The notes beneath the pieces were generated by a model. It did no database searches, was not told the origin of the DNA, and saw only the letters and a program-made list of their open reading frames with translations. Position numbers and translations under genes: made by a program. A stretch of 63,755 nucleotides of DNA, the filler included, from Chiloscyllium plagiosum (taxonomy: Eukaryota), in NCBI RefSeq assembly GCF_004010195.1. It is 7 parts of one record of this genome, joined end to end, with 100 filler letters (N's around TTAATTAATTAA, not from the genome) between each part and the next. Parts side by side here need not be neighbours in the genome. Positions count along the whole stretch, not along the records: positions 29,995 to 50,950 come from NC_057710.1; 6 more parts are not named here. One strand, 5' to 3'. This document shows positions 37,901 through 50,604 of the stretch, one piece after another (the stretch's first letter is position 1; each line of letters starts with the position of its first letter).

Positions 37901-38288
37901 ACTATTCCCAAAGTGTTCCCCCATTGAAACTTGGATCACCTGCAGGGCTCAATCCCCAATACCAGATCTAGTGACAACCCCTCCCTCATTAGGCTATCCA
38001 CATACTGCTTCAAAAACCCAACTGGATACACAACAAATTGCTCCCCATCTAAAACCCTGGCACTAAGGGAGTTAAAATCAACAACCATAACAACCCTGTT
38101 ATCTTCACATCTTCCCAGAATATGACTACTCATCTCTTCCTCTATCTCTCACTGGCAGTTGGAAGGTCTGTTGTACAATAACAGCATTGTGATTGGACCC
38201 TTCTCATTCCTGAGCTCTACCTATAATGTCTTGCTGCAAGATCCCTCCAGGATGTCTTCCCTCAACACAGCTGTGATATACTCCCTAA
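31950..38288 (-). mobile_element. Stack of minus-strand CR1 fragments from several subfamilies (ORF1, endonuclease, RT and 3' ends), with a short family-A Penelope insert at about 35910-35995
   Basis: ORFs 33573..33971, 34249..34725, 34968..35441, 35455..35784 (VLVHIGTKD) and 37936..38133 (DLVLGIEP). Confidence 0.9.
36235..37394 (-). mobile_element. Young 5'-truncated CR1 copy with an uninterrupted 342-aa RT C-terminal ORF
   Basis: ORF 36325..37353: [32 protein letters not shown], with no stops. Confidence 0.95.
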
Positions 38289-38289
38289 C

Positions 38290-39333
38290 TGTTATGACAC
38301 AGTGGTAAAGCCCTCTGTTAATTAAACCAACACCCAGGAAAACTCATCTCGCCTTGTAAACTTGTAAAAAATGAGTGAGAGAACTCCCAATTTTCACTAT
38401 TTAAAGAAAAAAATATCAAGTTATTCCTTAACTCTAAAAGTGAACATTAAACAACAACTGTTCACAACTCTTGGCCCTCCTTTCTCTTAACTGCTTATTA
38501 TCTGCCTCCAACTCTATAACAATATACTGTTCCAATAAAACACTGATTAAAATTACATCAAGTTAATTCCAAAACTACACAGCTGCTGTCATTTTTGGTA
38601 ACTGTCTTCTTCCGGCTGAAGGTCTTCCTGGATCATCATCTTTCTTTTTACTGTGAGTATATTTCATACGAAAAGGTCCCATTGACAGAGAGAATTTCAA
38701 TATCTTGGGTCTCTTTTTAGATAGCATTTTCTCTGTCTGATTTTCAAAATGCTTGCCTTTTTAAAATCCCCAACTTTGGATCATCTCGTTGGTTTGATGT
38801 TGGCAAAACAATAAATTGAAACTCAATTAAGTTTTAGTATCCTGGGGCATAATTTAAACTGAATGGTTAAATTCAAACTATTATCAAAACAGCAACCAAC
38901 TCAGGTATTTATTTCACAACCAAGTGTTATACATTTTCAATTTTCCAGTATACTCTGAGACTGTTCTTGTAAGTTCTCAGAGCAGAACAGCATTCACTCT
39001 CTCTCTTAAAGGTACAATACACACCTTCCACTTCCCCACACCGCCCTCTCTTAAGAAATAAATGAGCCAGCATAATGAAAAGATGGCTTCATTTTTTTTC
39101 TAATTCTTAAACCCATTACAATGGAATACAGAGGTCATTAATCTAATTTCATACTAATTTATTTACACACACACACTTACACACGCACACATATATATAA
39201 AACATTGGAATCTATCCAATCTTGTCGATAATTTTTGCCTTAGATCTGCGATAACAATCTGCTATCACATTTTTATGATCTGTGACGTGTACAATGTGTA
39301 AATTAGACATCTGTAACATAAGATTCTAACAAA
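38290..39333 (-). mobile_element. Gypsy 3' end: RNase H terminus, PPT and complete 3' LTR (38290-39040)
   Basis: Minus strand LMLQ..LHIVHV..NVIAD, then gagagggcgg-TGTGG...CATAACA; same layout as 19400-20595. Confidence 0.85.
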
Positions 39334-39900
39334 ACATTGGTTAGGCCTCTGTTGGAATGTTGCATCCAAATCTGGTTTCCTTCCTTTCGGAAGAATGTTG
39401 TGAAACTTGAAAGGGTTCAGAAAAGATTTACAAGGATGTTGCCGGGGTTGGAGGGTTTGAGCTACAGGGAGAGACTGAACAGGCTGGGGCTATTTTCCCT
39501 GGAGCGTTGGAGGCTGAGGGGTGACCTCATAGAGGTTTACAAAATTATGATGGGCATGGATAGGGTAAATAGACAAAGTCTTTTCCCTGGGGTTGGGGTG
39601 TCCAGAACTAGAGGGCATAGGTTTAGGGTGAGAGGGGAAAGATTTAAAAGAGACCTAAGGGGCAATTCTTTCATACAGAGGGTGGTGCATATATGGAATG
39701 AGCTGCCAGAGGAAGTGGTGGAGCCTGGTACAATTACAGCATTTAAAAGGCATTTGGATGGGTATATGAATAGGAAGGGTTTGGAGGGATTTCGGCTGGG
39801 TGCTGGCAACTGGGACAACATTAAGTTAGGATATCTGGTCAGCATGGATGAGTTAGACAGTAGGATCTGTTTCAGTGCTGTACATCTCTATGACTCTATA
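39334..39900 (+). mobile_element. CR1 3' fragment
   Basis: ORF 39337..39903; tatgactctat tail. Confidence 0.95.
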
Positions 39901-40270
39901 TGAAAAGGTACCTTTGATAGAGAGTGTTTCAATGTCTTGGGTCTGTCACTCTCGATGGCAGTTACCCTGTCTGATTTTCAAAACGCCTGCATTTTTATAT
40001 CCCCAAAATTGGATCGTCTCATTGGTTCAATGTTGGTAAAACAATAAATTCAAACTCAACTGGGTTTTAATGTCCTGAGGCATAGTTTAAACTGATTGGT
40101 TAAATTCGAATTGTTATCAAAACTGCAAAAAACTCAGGTATCTATTTCACAGCCAAATGTTACCTATTTTCAATTTTCCATAGACTCTGAGACAGTTTTT
40201 ATAAGCTGTCAGTGCAGAACAGTATTTACTGTCTCTTAAAGGCCCAGTGTAAGCCTTCAACTTCATCACA
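39901..40270 (-). mobile_element. 5' half of a second copy of the Gypsy LTR
   Basis: Aligns to 38670-39040. Confidence 0.8.
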
Positions 40271-40515
40271 GTCTATCTCTTGTCGTCATTTTCTGCAATG
40301 AAATGTAGCTTCACCAAATAGGCACGCCTTGGTACCTGATGGTTTACAATTATGAGCAGAGAATAAACACAAGGATGTTAAAATAAATTTGTGTAAAACC
40401 CTGGTTCAACCTTAGTGGGAGATATGCACCTGGGTCTGGTCACCAGAACTGTGGAAAGATATGAATTAGTTGGTCAGGAAGGGTACATGTTTCCTCAGAA
40501 TGTTTCCATGGATAA

Positions 40516-43383
40516 ACAAAGATCAAAGAAAATTTACAGCCCAGGAACAGGCCCTTCGGCCCTCCAAGCCTGTGCCAATCCAAATGTACTGTCTAAACCT
40601 GTCGCCCAATTCATTTAAATTCCTAAGCATCCGTATACCTCTGCTCCTCACCTACTCATGCATTTATCCAGACGCACCTTAAATGAATCTATCGTGCCTG
40701 CCTCTACCACCTCTGCTGGCAACGCATTCCAGATGCCCACCACCATTTGTGTAAAGTACTTGCCGCATGTATCCCCCTTAAACTTTCCACCTCTCACCCT
40801 GAAAGCGTGACCTCTCGTTATTGAATCCTTCACCCTGGGAAAAAGCTTGTCTCTATCCACCCTGTCTATACCCTTCATGACTTTATTAACCTCAATCAGG
40901 TCCCCCCATAATCTCCTTTTTTCTAATGATAATAAACCTAACCTACTCAACCTCTCTTCACAACTCGCATCTTCCACACCAGGCAGCATCCTTGTAAACC
41001 TTCTCTGCACCCTCTCCAAAGCGTCCACATCCTTTTGGTAATGTGGTACCCAGAACTGTACACCGTGCACCCTCTCCAAAGCGTCCACATCCTTTTGGTA
41101 ATGTGGTGTCCAGAACTGTACACTGTAATCTAAATGCACCCGAACCAATGTCTTGTACAATGTTAACATGACTTGCCAGCTCTTATACTCAATACCCCGC
41201 CCGATGAAGGCAAGCATATTATAGGCATTCTTGACCACTCTATCAACCTGTGCAGCAACCTTCAGGGTACAGTGGACCTGCACTCCCAGATCTCTCTGCT
41301 CATCAACTTTTCCCAAGGCTCTTCCAATCATTGTATAATTCGCTCTCAAATTAGACTTGCCTAAAGGCATCACCTCACAATTGTCTGGATTGAAAGCCAT
41401 CTGCCACGTCTCTGCCCAACTCTCCAGTCTATCTATATCCTCCTGTATTCTCTGGCACTCCCTTATGCTTTCTGCTACTCCACCAATCTTTTTGTCATCT
41501 GCAAACTTGCTGATCATTCCTCTTCCAGTGCTCTCTTCCAGATCATTTATGTACATCACAAACATCAGTGGCCCCAGCACTGATCCCTGTGGAACACCAC
41601 TGGTCACCTTTCTCCATTTCAAGAAACTCCCTTCAACTACTACTCTCTGTCTCCTGTTGCTCAACCAGTTCTTTATCCACCTCGCAAGAACACCCTGCAT
41701 ACCATGTGACTTCACTTTCTCCATTAGTTTNNNNNNNNNNNNNNNNNNNNNNNNNNNNNNNNNNNNNNNNNNNNNNNNNNNNNNNNNNNNNNNNNNNNNN
41801 NNNNNNNNNNNNNNNNNNNNNNNNNNNNNNNNNNNNNNNNNNNNNNNNNNNNNNNNNNNNNNNNNNNNNNNNNNNNNNNNNNNNNNNNNNNNNNNNNNNN
41901 NNNNNNNNNNNNNNNNNNNNNNNNNNNNNNNNNNNNNNNNNNNNNNNNNNNNNNNNNNNNNNNNNNNNNNNNNNNNNNNNNNNNNNNNNNNNNNNNNNNN
42001 NNNNNNNNNNNNNNNNNNNNNNNNNNNNNNNNNNNNNNNNNNNNNNNNNNNNNNNNNNNNNNNNNNNNNNNNNNNNNNNNNNNNNNNNNNNNNNNNNNNN
42101 NNNNNNNNNNNNNNNNNNNNNNNNNNNNNNNNNNNNNNNNNNNNNNNNNNNNNNNNNNNNNNNNNNNNNNNNNNNNNNNNNNNNNNNNNNNNNNNNNNNN
42201 NNNNNNNNNNNNNNNNNNNNNNNNNNNNNNNNNNNNNNNNNNNNNNNNNNNNNNNNNNNNNNNNNNNNNNNNNNNNNNNNNNNNNNNNNNNNNNNNNNNN
42301 NNNNNNNNNNNNNNNNNNNNNNNNNNNNNNNNNNNNNNNNNNNNNNNNNNNNNNNNNNNNNNNNNNNNNNNNNNNNNNNNNNNNNNNNNNNNNNNNNNNN
42401 NNNNNNNNNNNGGACATGCCTATCCTGCATTATCTTTGAAAGCCTCCCACATCTCAAATGTGGACTTCCCTTCAAATAGCTGTGTCCAATCCACATTTCC
42501 CAGCTCCTGCCTAATTTTGATATAATTGGCCTTGGCCCAGTTTAGTACTCTTCCCTTAGGGTCACTCTCTTCTTTATCTACGAATATTCTAAAACTTACA
42601 GAATTGTGGTCACTGTTCCCAAAGAAATCCCTGACCACAACTTCTACCACCTGTCCTGGCTCATTCCCCAGTACCAGGTCCAATATGGCCCCTTCCCTTG
42701 TCGGACTATTGACATACTGTTCCAGAAAACTCTCCTGGACACAGCTGACAAATTCTACCTCATCCAAACCTCTGACGCTAAGTGTATCTCAGTCAATATT
42801 GGGAAAATTAAAATCTCCCATCACCACCACCCTGTTACCTCTGCATCTTTCCATAATCTATTTACCTATTTATTCTTCTACCTCACGCTCACTGTTGGGA
42901 GGCCTGTAATACAGCGCTAATAGTGTAACTGCACCCTTCTTATTTCTCAGCTCCACCCATAATTCCTCACTGCTCAAGCCCTCCACAGTGTCCTCCTTTA
43001 GCACAGCCGTGATATCATCCCTGACCAGCAATGCAACTCCACCCCCTCTTTACTTCCCTCCCTGTCCTGTCTGAAGTGTCTATATCCTGGAACATTTAGT
43101 TGTCAATCATCATGCCCTTCCTTCAACCAAGTCTCTGTGATGGCAATAACGTCATACTCCCAGGCACCAATCCAAGCTCTAAGTCCATCTGCCTTACACG
43201 CTATACTCCTTGCATTAAAGTAGATGCACTTCAGGCCACCTGTTTTTTTGCGCTCATCTGCTCTCTGCCTACTCTTCCCTTTACTAATGCTATATTCATA
43301 ATTCTTACAGTCTCCAGTCTCCACCTCGCTGCCTACTTGTTTTCTCTTTTGGTTCCCAGCCCCCTGCCACATTAGTTTAAAAC
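40516..43383 (-). mobile_element. Long CR1 copy (ORF2 endonuclease 42412-43383, RT and 3' end 40516-41730) spanning the gap 41731-42411
   Basis: [49 protein letters not shown]. Confidence 0.95.
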
Positions 43384-43409
43384 CTCCCCAACTTGCTGGA
43401 TAAGCAAGT

Positions 43410-44420
43410 CCAGGTGAACATCTGCTCCCAGGAGGAGCAATTTCACTCCAGAATGTCCCAGATCGCCTCCTTTCTCAAGGACCGCAATTTTCCCTCCCAT
43501 GTGGTCAGCAATGCCCTCCAGCGCAGCTCCTCCACTTCCTGCACCTCCACCCTTGAACCACACCCTTCCAACCACATCAAGGACAGAATTCTCCAAGTCC
43601 TCACCTTCCACCCCACTAATCTCCAGATTCAATGCACCATTCTCCGTCATTTCCGCCACTTACAATCAGACCCCACCACCAGAGATATATTTCCCTCCCC
43701 ACCCTATCAGCATGCCGTAGAGACCATCCCCTCTGCAACTCTCTTGTTAGGTCCATGACCCCACATACCCACCCTCCACTCCTGGCACCTTCTCTCTCCG
43801 CTGCAAAAGGTGTAAAATCCGCGCCCACACCTCTCCCCACTGTACATCCGTCCAAGCCTCTAAAGGATCCTGCACATCCAATCAACTCATCTATTGTGCC
43901 CGTTGCTCTCAATGTGGTCTTCTCTACATTGGGGAGACAGGATACCAACTCACAGAATGTTTCAGGGAACATCTCTGGGACACACGCACCAAACAACCCC
44001 ATCGCCCTGTGGCCGACCACTTCAACTCCCCCTCCCACTCCGCCAAGAACATGCAAGTTCTGGGCCACCTCCATCGCCAAATCCTAGCCACCAGACTCCT
44101 GGAGAAAAAAATGCCTCATCTTCTACGTTGGGACCCTCCAATTAAATGGGATCAATGTTAATTCCACCAGTTTCCTCAATTCCCCACCCTCCACCTCATC
44201 CCAGATCCAACCCTCCAATTCAGCAATGCTCTCTTGAACTGTCCCATCTGTCCATATTCCTTTCTACCTCTCTGCCCCAACCTCCCCACATTCCTGATGA
44301 AGGGCTTCTGCCCAAAACATCAATTCTCCTCTTCCTCTGATGCTGCCTGACCTGCTGTGCTTTTCCAGTGCCACACATTTCGACTCTGATCTCTAGCATC
44401 TGCAGTGCTCACTTTCTCCA
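43410..44420 (+). mobile_element. Penelope 3' kilobase: RT C-terminus, GIY-YIG and family-B terminal repeat
   Basis: LTFHPTNL..HLQSDPTTRDIFP and CARCSQCGLLYIGET; the hammerhead at about 44291-44327 has a G12-to-A change. Confidence 0.85.
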
Positions 44421-44653
44421 AGTCCAGGTGTGTAGACAATTGGAAACATTTGAATACTTCGCTGTGAAGTGTGTTGAGAGGTAAATTTAAAGATGGCTTC
44501 TTCATTTAGAATGGTGTTTCTGTAAAATCTGAAGAGATTGGGACTGAGTAGATAGGAGAAATTTCAAATTGGTGTAAGAAACCTCTTTTCAAAGTTGAAC
44601 AGCCTGTTGCTGTTATGTCGAATCTCTGTCATCTCTCACTCTTTCTCTGACAG

Positions 44654-44762
44654 GTGCAGTATCTGCTCATGTCTATTGTTATTCAGCTATGAATGGGCAA
44701 GGAGATGATTTTGGGCACTGTGGCAAGGATCAACATGATCAGTACATACCTTGCCTCCCTTG
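44654..44762 (+). CDS. Internal exon of an ADAM-family gene (cysteine-rich domain)
   Basis: ctctcactctttctctgacAG|...|GTaagt; 109 nt, phase 1 to 2; (G)AVSAHVYCYSAMNGQGDDFGHCGKDQHDQYIPCLP has the ADAM cysteine-rich spacing C-x4-N-x2-G-D-x2-G-x-C-G-x9-C. Confidence 0.9.
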
Positions 44763-45039
44763 GTAAGTTTGCCAGAAAAATTTAACCTGTTTCGGATTTT
44801 GCCAGTTATGTCAGAAATTTATAACCAACAGAAAAAAGAAACCATGAATCTGTGACCAGCACCTTCTCAAGGGACGGACAATAAATGCTGTCTGACCCAG
44901 CAACACACACATCCAGCGAATTAATTTTAAAAAGATTCTATTATTAAAGCTTTGTTAACAATCCCGTACACAAACAGACTCAAAAAGAAACAAGACAAGA
45001 GGATAGTTCTGGATCAAGGATCATGATGATCTGTTTCTT

Positions 45040-46730
45040 TCTAGAATATAGAACATTACAGCACAGTACAGGCCCTCCGGCCCTCCATATTGCGCTGACC
45101 TGTGAAACCAATCTGAAGTCCATCTAACCTGCACTATTCCATTGTCATCCATATGTTTACCCAAGGACTGTTGAAGTGCCCTTAAAACTCTGATGAACAG
45201 CTTATGCCTGAAACATGGATTTTCCTGCTCCTCAGATGGTGCCTGACCTTCTGTGTCTTTCCAGCACCAGATGCTTGACTCTGTATCCTCTGACAATCCT
45301 CCTCACTATCCACAACTCCACCAATCTTTGTATTGTCCCCAAATTTACTAATTAGACCAGCTGCATCTTCCTCCAAATCATTTATGAAGGGCATGAACAG
45401 GAGAAGTCCCAGCACTGATCCCTGTGGAACACCACTAATCACAGCCCTCCATTCCGAAAAGCATCCTTCTACAGCTCCCCTCTGTCTCCTATGACAAAGC
45501 CAGTTCTGCATCCATCTTGCCAGCTCACGCCTGATACCATGTGACTTCACCTTTTGTACCAGTCTGCCATGAGGGACCTTGTCAAAGGCTTTACTGAAGT
45601 CCATGTTGACAACATTAACTGCTTTCCCCATATCAATCATCTTCATCACCTCTTCATCACCGCAGATGAATGTGTGGCTGAGGAGCTGGTGCAGGGAACA
45701 GGGATTCACATTTTTGGATCATTGAGATATTTTCTGGGGTAGAAGTGACCTGTATAGGAAGGATCGGTTTTTAACCTGAATTGGAATGGAACCATTATCC
45801 TGGCGGGGAGATTTGGGAGGCTTTAAAGTAGTAAGGGATGTGGGTGGGGACCAAAATTAGAGTAAGAAAGGAAATAAGTCTGAGGGTGGCACTATTTATA
45901 AGAGGAGCAAGTCAAATAGTCAAGGCAGGTAAGAGCAAGGCAGAGAACGAGGTCAGACTGAAAAACTAAACTGCATTTACTTCAATGCAAGAGGCCTAAC
46001 AGGGAAGGTGGATGAACTCAGGGCATGTTTGAGAACAAAGGCCTGGGATATCATAGCTATTACAGAAATATGGCTCAGTGAGAGAGAGAGAGAGAGAGAG
46101 ACAGGACTGGCAACTTAATGTTCCAGGGTATAGATGCTGTAGGAAGGGTAGAACAGGGGACAAGAGAGGAGCGGGAGTTGCATTTTTGTTCGAAATAAGA
46201 TTACAGTCGTACTTAGGAAGATATTCCTGGAACTACGTACAGGGAAGTTATTTGGGTGAAGCTGAGAAAGAAGAAAGGGATGATCACCTTATTGGGATTG
46301 TATTATATGTCCAACCAATAATCAGTGGGAAATTGAGAAGCAAATTTGTAACAAGATCTCAGATATGGTTGTAATAAAAGGGGATTTTAACTTTCCAAAC
46401 GTAGACTGAGACAATCGTAGTGTTCAGGGCTTGGATGGAGAAGAATTTATGTTAATACAAGGAAATGTTATTCAGTATGTGGATATACCTACTAGAGAAG
46501 GAGCAAAGTTTGGCCTTCTCTTGGGAGATAAGGCAGGACAAGTGACTGAGGTATCAGTGCGGGGAGTAGTTTGGGACTAGTGACCATAATCCCATTCATA
46601 TTAAAGTAGTTACAGAACATGACAGGCATGATCTAAAAGTTAAATTTCTAAATTGGAGGAAGGCCAATTTTGGAGGATATTAGGCAAGAACTTTTAGAAG
46701 TTGATTGGGGTAGATATTTGCAGGTAAAGG
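45040..46730. mobile_element. CR1 fragments (minus 45040-45660, plus ORF1/endonuclease 45662-46730) with a short family-B insert at about 45188-45270 and (GA)n at 46080-46102
   Basis: ORF 45182..45709 (DFSKAFDKVPH..SGVPQGS); CIYFNARGL near 45970. Confidence 0.85.
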
Positions 46731-46733
46731 GTA

Positions 46734-47670
46734 TTGTGGACCAGACCAAACCAGCCTGGAAATATTCAGAAGATAGTCGAGACTACAACTTTTTCTTATT
46801 TTAAAGGTAAATGGAAGGTGTTGCATTCCAGATGCAATTTGACTGGTCAAATTACTGGATTTAAATTAAAAGAACTTTATTCATCCACGATAGTTAAAAC
46901 ACAATAAAAGAAAGAAAGAAAAGAAAAAAGAAAGAAAACTGAACAGAACAATAGATACAGTAATTATTATGAATTAATTATTCTAATGTACCAACCTCTG
47001 ATAAATACACCCTTGGCAAAAGGCAAATTCACATAATAGATTGACTCACATGCAATTCTCCAATCCAGGAGGAATGAATATCAAAATACAATTCTGAGAG
47101 AAAGAGAACTCTGACTTTCAGCGGTAGCAAAGAGAGAAGCAGTAGCTTTAGATAAGCTCAGCAGCTTCTATTGAAAGCTAAACAAAAGATCCTGGTTCTG
47201 TGGGAGTTCTGACCATACCTCCTGCTTTAATTGATTAGATTAGATTAGATTAGTGGAAACAGGCCCTTTGGCCCAATAAGTCCGCACCAACCCTCCGAAG
47301 AGCAACCCACGCAAACCCATTTCCCTACATTTTCCCCTTACCTAACACTACGGGCAATTTAGCATGGCCAATTCACCTGACCTGCACATTTTTGGACTGT
47401 GGGAGGAAACCGGAGCACCCGGAGGAAACCCACGCAGACGCAGGGTGAATGTGCAAACTCCACACAGATAGTTGCCTGAGGCAGGAATTGATCCCGGGTC
47501 TCTGGCGCTGTGAGGCAGCAGTGCTAACCACTGTGCCACCATTCTGCCCACTTCTATGATTCCAACTTTAAAAAAAAATCCCAAAGTCTCACAAGCTGTT
47601 AACTCCAGTGGTTCTGGTAAACTGTTCTCTTTAAAAAAAATAACTTCCTTAAAACCACAAGTTCATCACA
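46734..47670. mobile_element. Probable solo LTR of another family, containing an HE1 SINE; related copy at about 62350-62720
   Basis: TGTG...CACA termini; shares cccttggcaaaaggcaaattca..ttctccaatccaggagg with 62362-62425. Confidence 0.55.
47233..47549 (-). mobile_element. HE1-type V-SINE
   Basis: Full-length reverse complement with a (gatta)n tail. Confidence 0.92.
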
Positions 47671-48530
47671 TATGCAGGGGGAAACGGCAAACCTTCATAC
47701 AGGCATAGAGTCATAGAGATGTACAGCATGGAAACAGACCCTTCATGCCGGTCAGACATCCCAACCCAATCTAGTCCCACCTGCCAGCACCCAGCCCATA
47801 TCCCTCCAAACCCTTCCTATTCATATACCCATCCAGATGCCTTTGAAATGCTGTAATTGTACCAGCCTCCACCACTTCCTCTGGCAGCTCATTCCATACA
47901 CGTACCACCCTCTGTGTGAAAACGTTATCCCTTAGGTCTCTTTTATATCCTTCCCCTCTCACCCTAAACCTATGCCCTCGAGTTCTAGACTCCCCGACCC
48001 CAGGGAAAAGCCTTTGTCTATTAATCCTATCCAGGCCCCTCATAATTTTATAAACCTCTATAAGGTCACCCCTCAACCTCCGAGGCTCCAGGGAAAACAG
48101 CCCCAGTCTGTTCAGTCTCTCCCTATAACTCAAATCCTCCAACCCCAGCAAGATCCTTGTAAATCTTTTCTGAACCCTTTCAAGTTTCACAACATCTTTC
48201 CGATAGGAAGGAGACCAGAATTGCATGCAATATTCCAACACTGGCCTAACCAATGTCCTGTACAGCCGCAACATGACCTCCCAACTCCTGTACTCAATAC
48301 TCTGACCAATAAAGGAAAGCATACCAAACATCTTCTTCACTGTCCTATCTACCGCGACTCCACTTTCAAGGAGCTATGAACCTGCACTCCAAGGTCTCTT
48401 TGTTCTGCAACACTCCCTAGGACCTAAGATTTGCTTTCCCAAAATGCAGCACCTCGCATTTATTTGAATTAAACTCCATCTGCCACTTCTCAGCCCATTG
48501 GCCCATCTGGTCCAGATCCTGTTGTAATAT

Positions 48531-48797
48531 CGGGTTCAATTACCGCCTCAGGCGACTGACTGTGTGGAGTTTGCACGTTCTCCCCGTGTCTGCGTGGGTT
48601 TCCTCCGGGTGCTCCGGTTTCCTCCCACAGTCCAAAGATGTGCAGGTCAGGTGAATTGGCCATGCTAAATTGCCCGTAGTGTTAGGTAAGGGGTAAATGT
48701 AGGGGTATGGGTGGGTTGCGCTTCGGCGGGGCGGTGTGGACTTGTTGGGCCGAAGGGCCTGTTTCCACACTGTAAGTAATCTAATCTAATCTAATCT
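48531..48797 (+). mobile_element. HE1-type V-SINE, 5'-truncated
   Basis: B box through the (ctaat)n tail. Confidence 0.9.
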
Positions 48798-49429
48798 CTT
48801 TGCTGTCCACTACACCTCCAATATTGGCCATATGCCTCCTTTGTATTCCTGACCAAAGCCTCAATTTCTATCGTCATCCAGATTTCCTCCATCTGCTAGA
48901 CTTGTCCATTTCACGAACAGGAACATACTGTCGCTGGACTCTTGTTATCTCATTTTTGTCATTTATATAAATGACTTGGATGGGAGCATAAGGGCTATAA
49001 TTAGTAAGCTTGGAGATGAGACCAATATTGGAGGTGTAGTGGACAGCGAAGAAGGTTACTTCAGATTACATCAGGATCTGGACCAGATGGGCCAATGGGC
49101 TGAGAAGTGGCAGATGGAGTTTAATTCAGATAAATGCGAGGTGCTGCATTTGGAAAAGCAAATCTTACCAGGACTTATACACTTAATGGTAAGCTCCTAG
49201 GGAGTGTTGCTGAACAAAGAGACCTTGGAGTGCAGGTTCGTAGCTCCTTGAAAGTGGAGTCTCAGGTAGCTAGGACAGTGAAGAGGGTGTTTGGTATGCT
49301 TTCCTTTATTGGTCAGAGTATTGGGTACAGGAGTTGGGAGGTCATGTCGCGGCTGTACTGTTGGAATATTGGGTGCAATTCTGGTCTCTGTCCTGTCGGA
49401 AAGATGTTGTGAAACTTGAAAGGGTTCAC

Positions 49430-49742
49430 GGCGGCACGGTGGCCCAGTGGTTAGCACTGCTGCCTCACAGCGCCTGTAGACCCGGGTTCAATTCCCGACT
49501 CAGGCGACTGACTGTGTGGAGTTTGCACATTCTCCCCGTGTCTGCGTGGGTTTCCTCCGGGTGCTCCGGTTTCCTCCCACAGTCCAAAGATGTGCGGGTC
49601 AGGTGAATTGGCCATGCTAAATTGCCCGTAGTGTTAGGTTAAAGGGGTAAAGGTAGGGGTATGGGTGGGTTGCGCTTCGGCGGGTCGGTGTGGACTTGTT
49701 GGGCCGAAGGGCCTGTTTCCACACTGTAAGTAATCTAATCTA
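49430..49742 (+). mobile_element. HE1-type V-SINE nested in CR1
   Basis: Full A and B boxes, V domain and tail; splits the CR1 text gggttca|..tttacaagg. Confidence 0.92.
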
Positions 49743-50194
49743 AAAAAAAAAGGTTTACAAGGATGTTGCCAGAGTTGGAGGATTTGAGCTATAGGGAGAG
49801 GCTGAACAGGCTGGGGCTGTTTTCCCTGGAGTGTCGGAGGCTGAGGGGTGACCTTATAGAGGTTTATAAAATCATGAGGGACATGGATAATGTGAATCAT
49901 CAAGGTATTTTCCCCAGGATAGGAGGAATCCACAAGTGGAGGGCAGGGGTTTAAGATCATAGGGGAATGATTTAAAAGGGACCTAAGGGGCAGGTTTTTC
50001 ATGCAGAGGGTGGTTGTGTATGGAATGAGCTTCCAGAGGAAGTGGTGAAGGTTAGTACAGTTACAACATTTAAAAGGCATCTGGGTGGGTATATGAATAG
50101 GAAGGGTTTGGAGGGATATGGGCCAAAATTAATTTCAGATATCTGCTCAGCATGGACAAGTTGAAGCAAAGTCTCTGTTTCCATGCTGGAGATA

Positions 50195-50398
50195 AGGTCC
50201 CACGGTCCGAGGGGACTATCAGGCTCCTCACATGAAACGGCTCGTGCTAGTTTAACCAGAGGGTTCTCACACCTCAGGTGAAGGAAGAGGTTCTGAAGGA
50301 GATTTTTTTCAGGGTAACCTCAGCTGGTGAACCCACACAGTTGGTTTTAGATTGTATCAGAAAGCAGCCACCTAGCCAATTGAGCTAATCAACTGCCA
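50195..50398 (-). mobile_element. Old tRNA-derived SINE (third family)
   Basis: Minus strand starts ..attagctcaattggctagg (A-box-like) and later has tgggttca (B-box-like). Confidence 0.5.
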
Positions 50399-50449
50399 AA
50401 CCAAAGGAAAGCACAAGCAGAATGGCTAGTTAGCATAGTATTTCAAAAG

Positions 50450-50522
50450 ACAGAAAGAGAGAGAGAGAGAGCATGAGAGGGGAAAAGAGAGAGAGAGAGA
50501 CACAGAGAGAGAGAGAGAGAGA
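50450..50522 (+). repeat. Imperfect (GA)n microsatellite
   Basis: Seen directly. Confidence 0.9.
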
Positions 50523-50604
50523 CGGGTGGGAGTCGGGGTAGTGGACAGAGAGGTATGGAGGTTTTCTCATTGCAGTCTGAATGATTCAGCTGTTCTGTCT
50601 ATTC

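Larger units (their letters stand above)
47704..50190. mobile_element. CR1 copies: minus 47704-48830 and plus 48955-50190
   Basis: ORFs 47771..48340 (189 aa), 48976..49200 and 49763..49954. Confidence 0.92.

Noticed and set aside
38290..40270. Compact two-LTR non-autonomous element (TRIM-like)
   Set aside because: The second LTR is only a half, there is no TSD, and the missing RNase H continuation is found at 30625, which points to rearrangement or mis-joining.
40648..42496. Long ORFs of 287-589 aa (and 4607..5409)
   Set aside because: Their length comes from reading through N gaps; the real parts are CR1 or Penelope fragments.
1133..44762. Assigning a specific symbol such as ADAM15 or ADAM33
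   Set aside because: The short peptides resemble several paralogues to a similar degree; a database search is needed.
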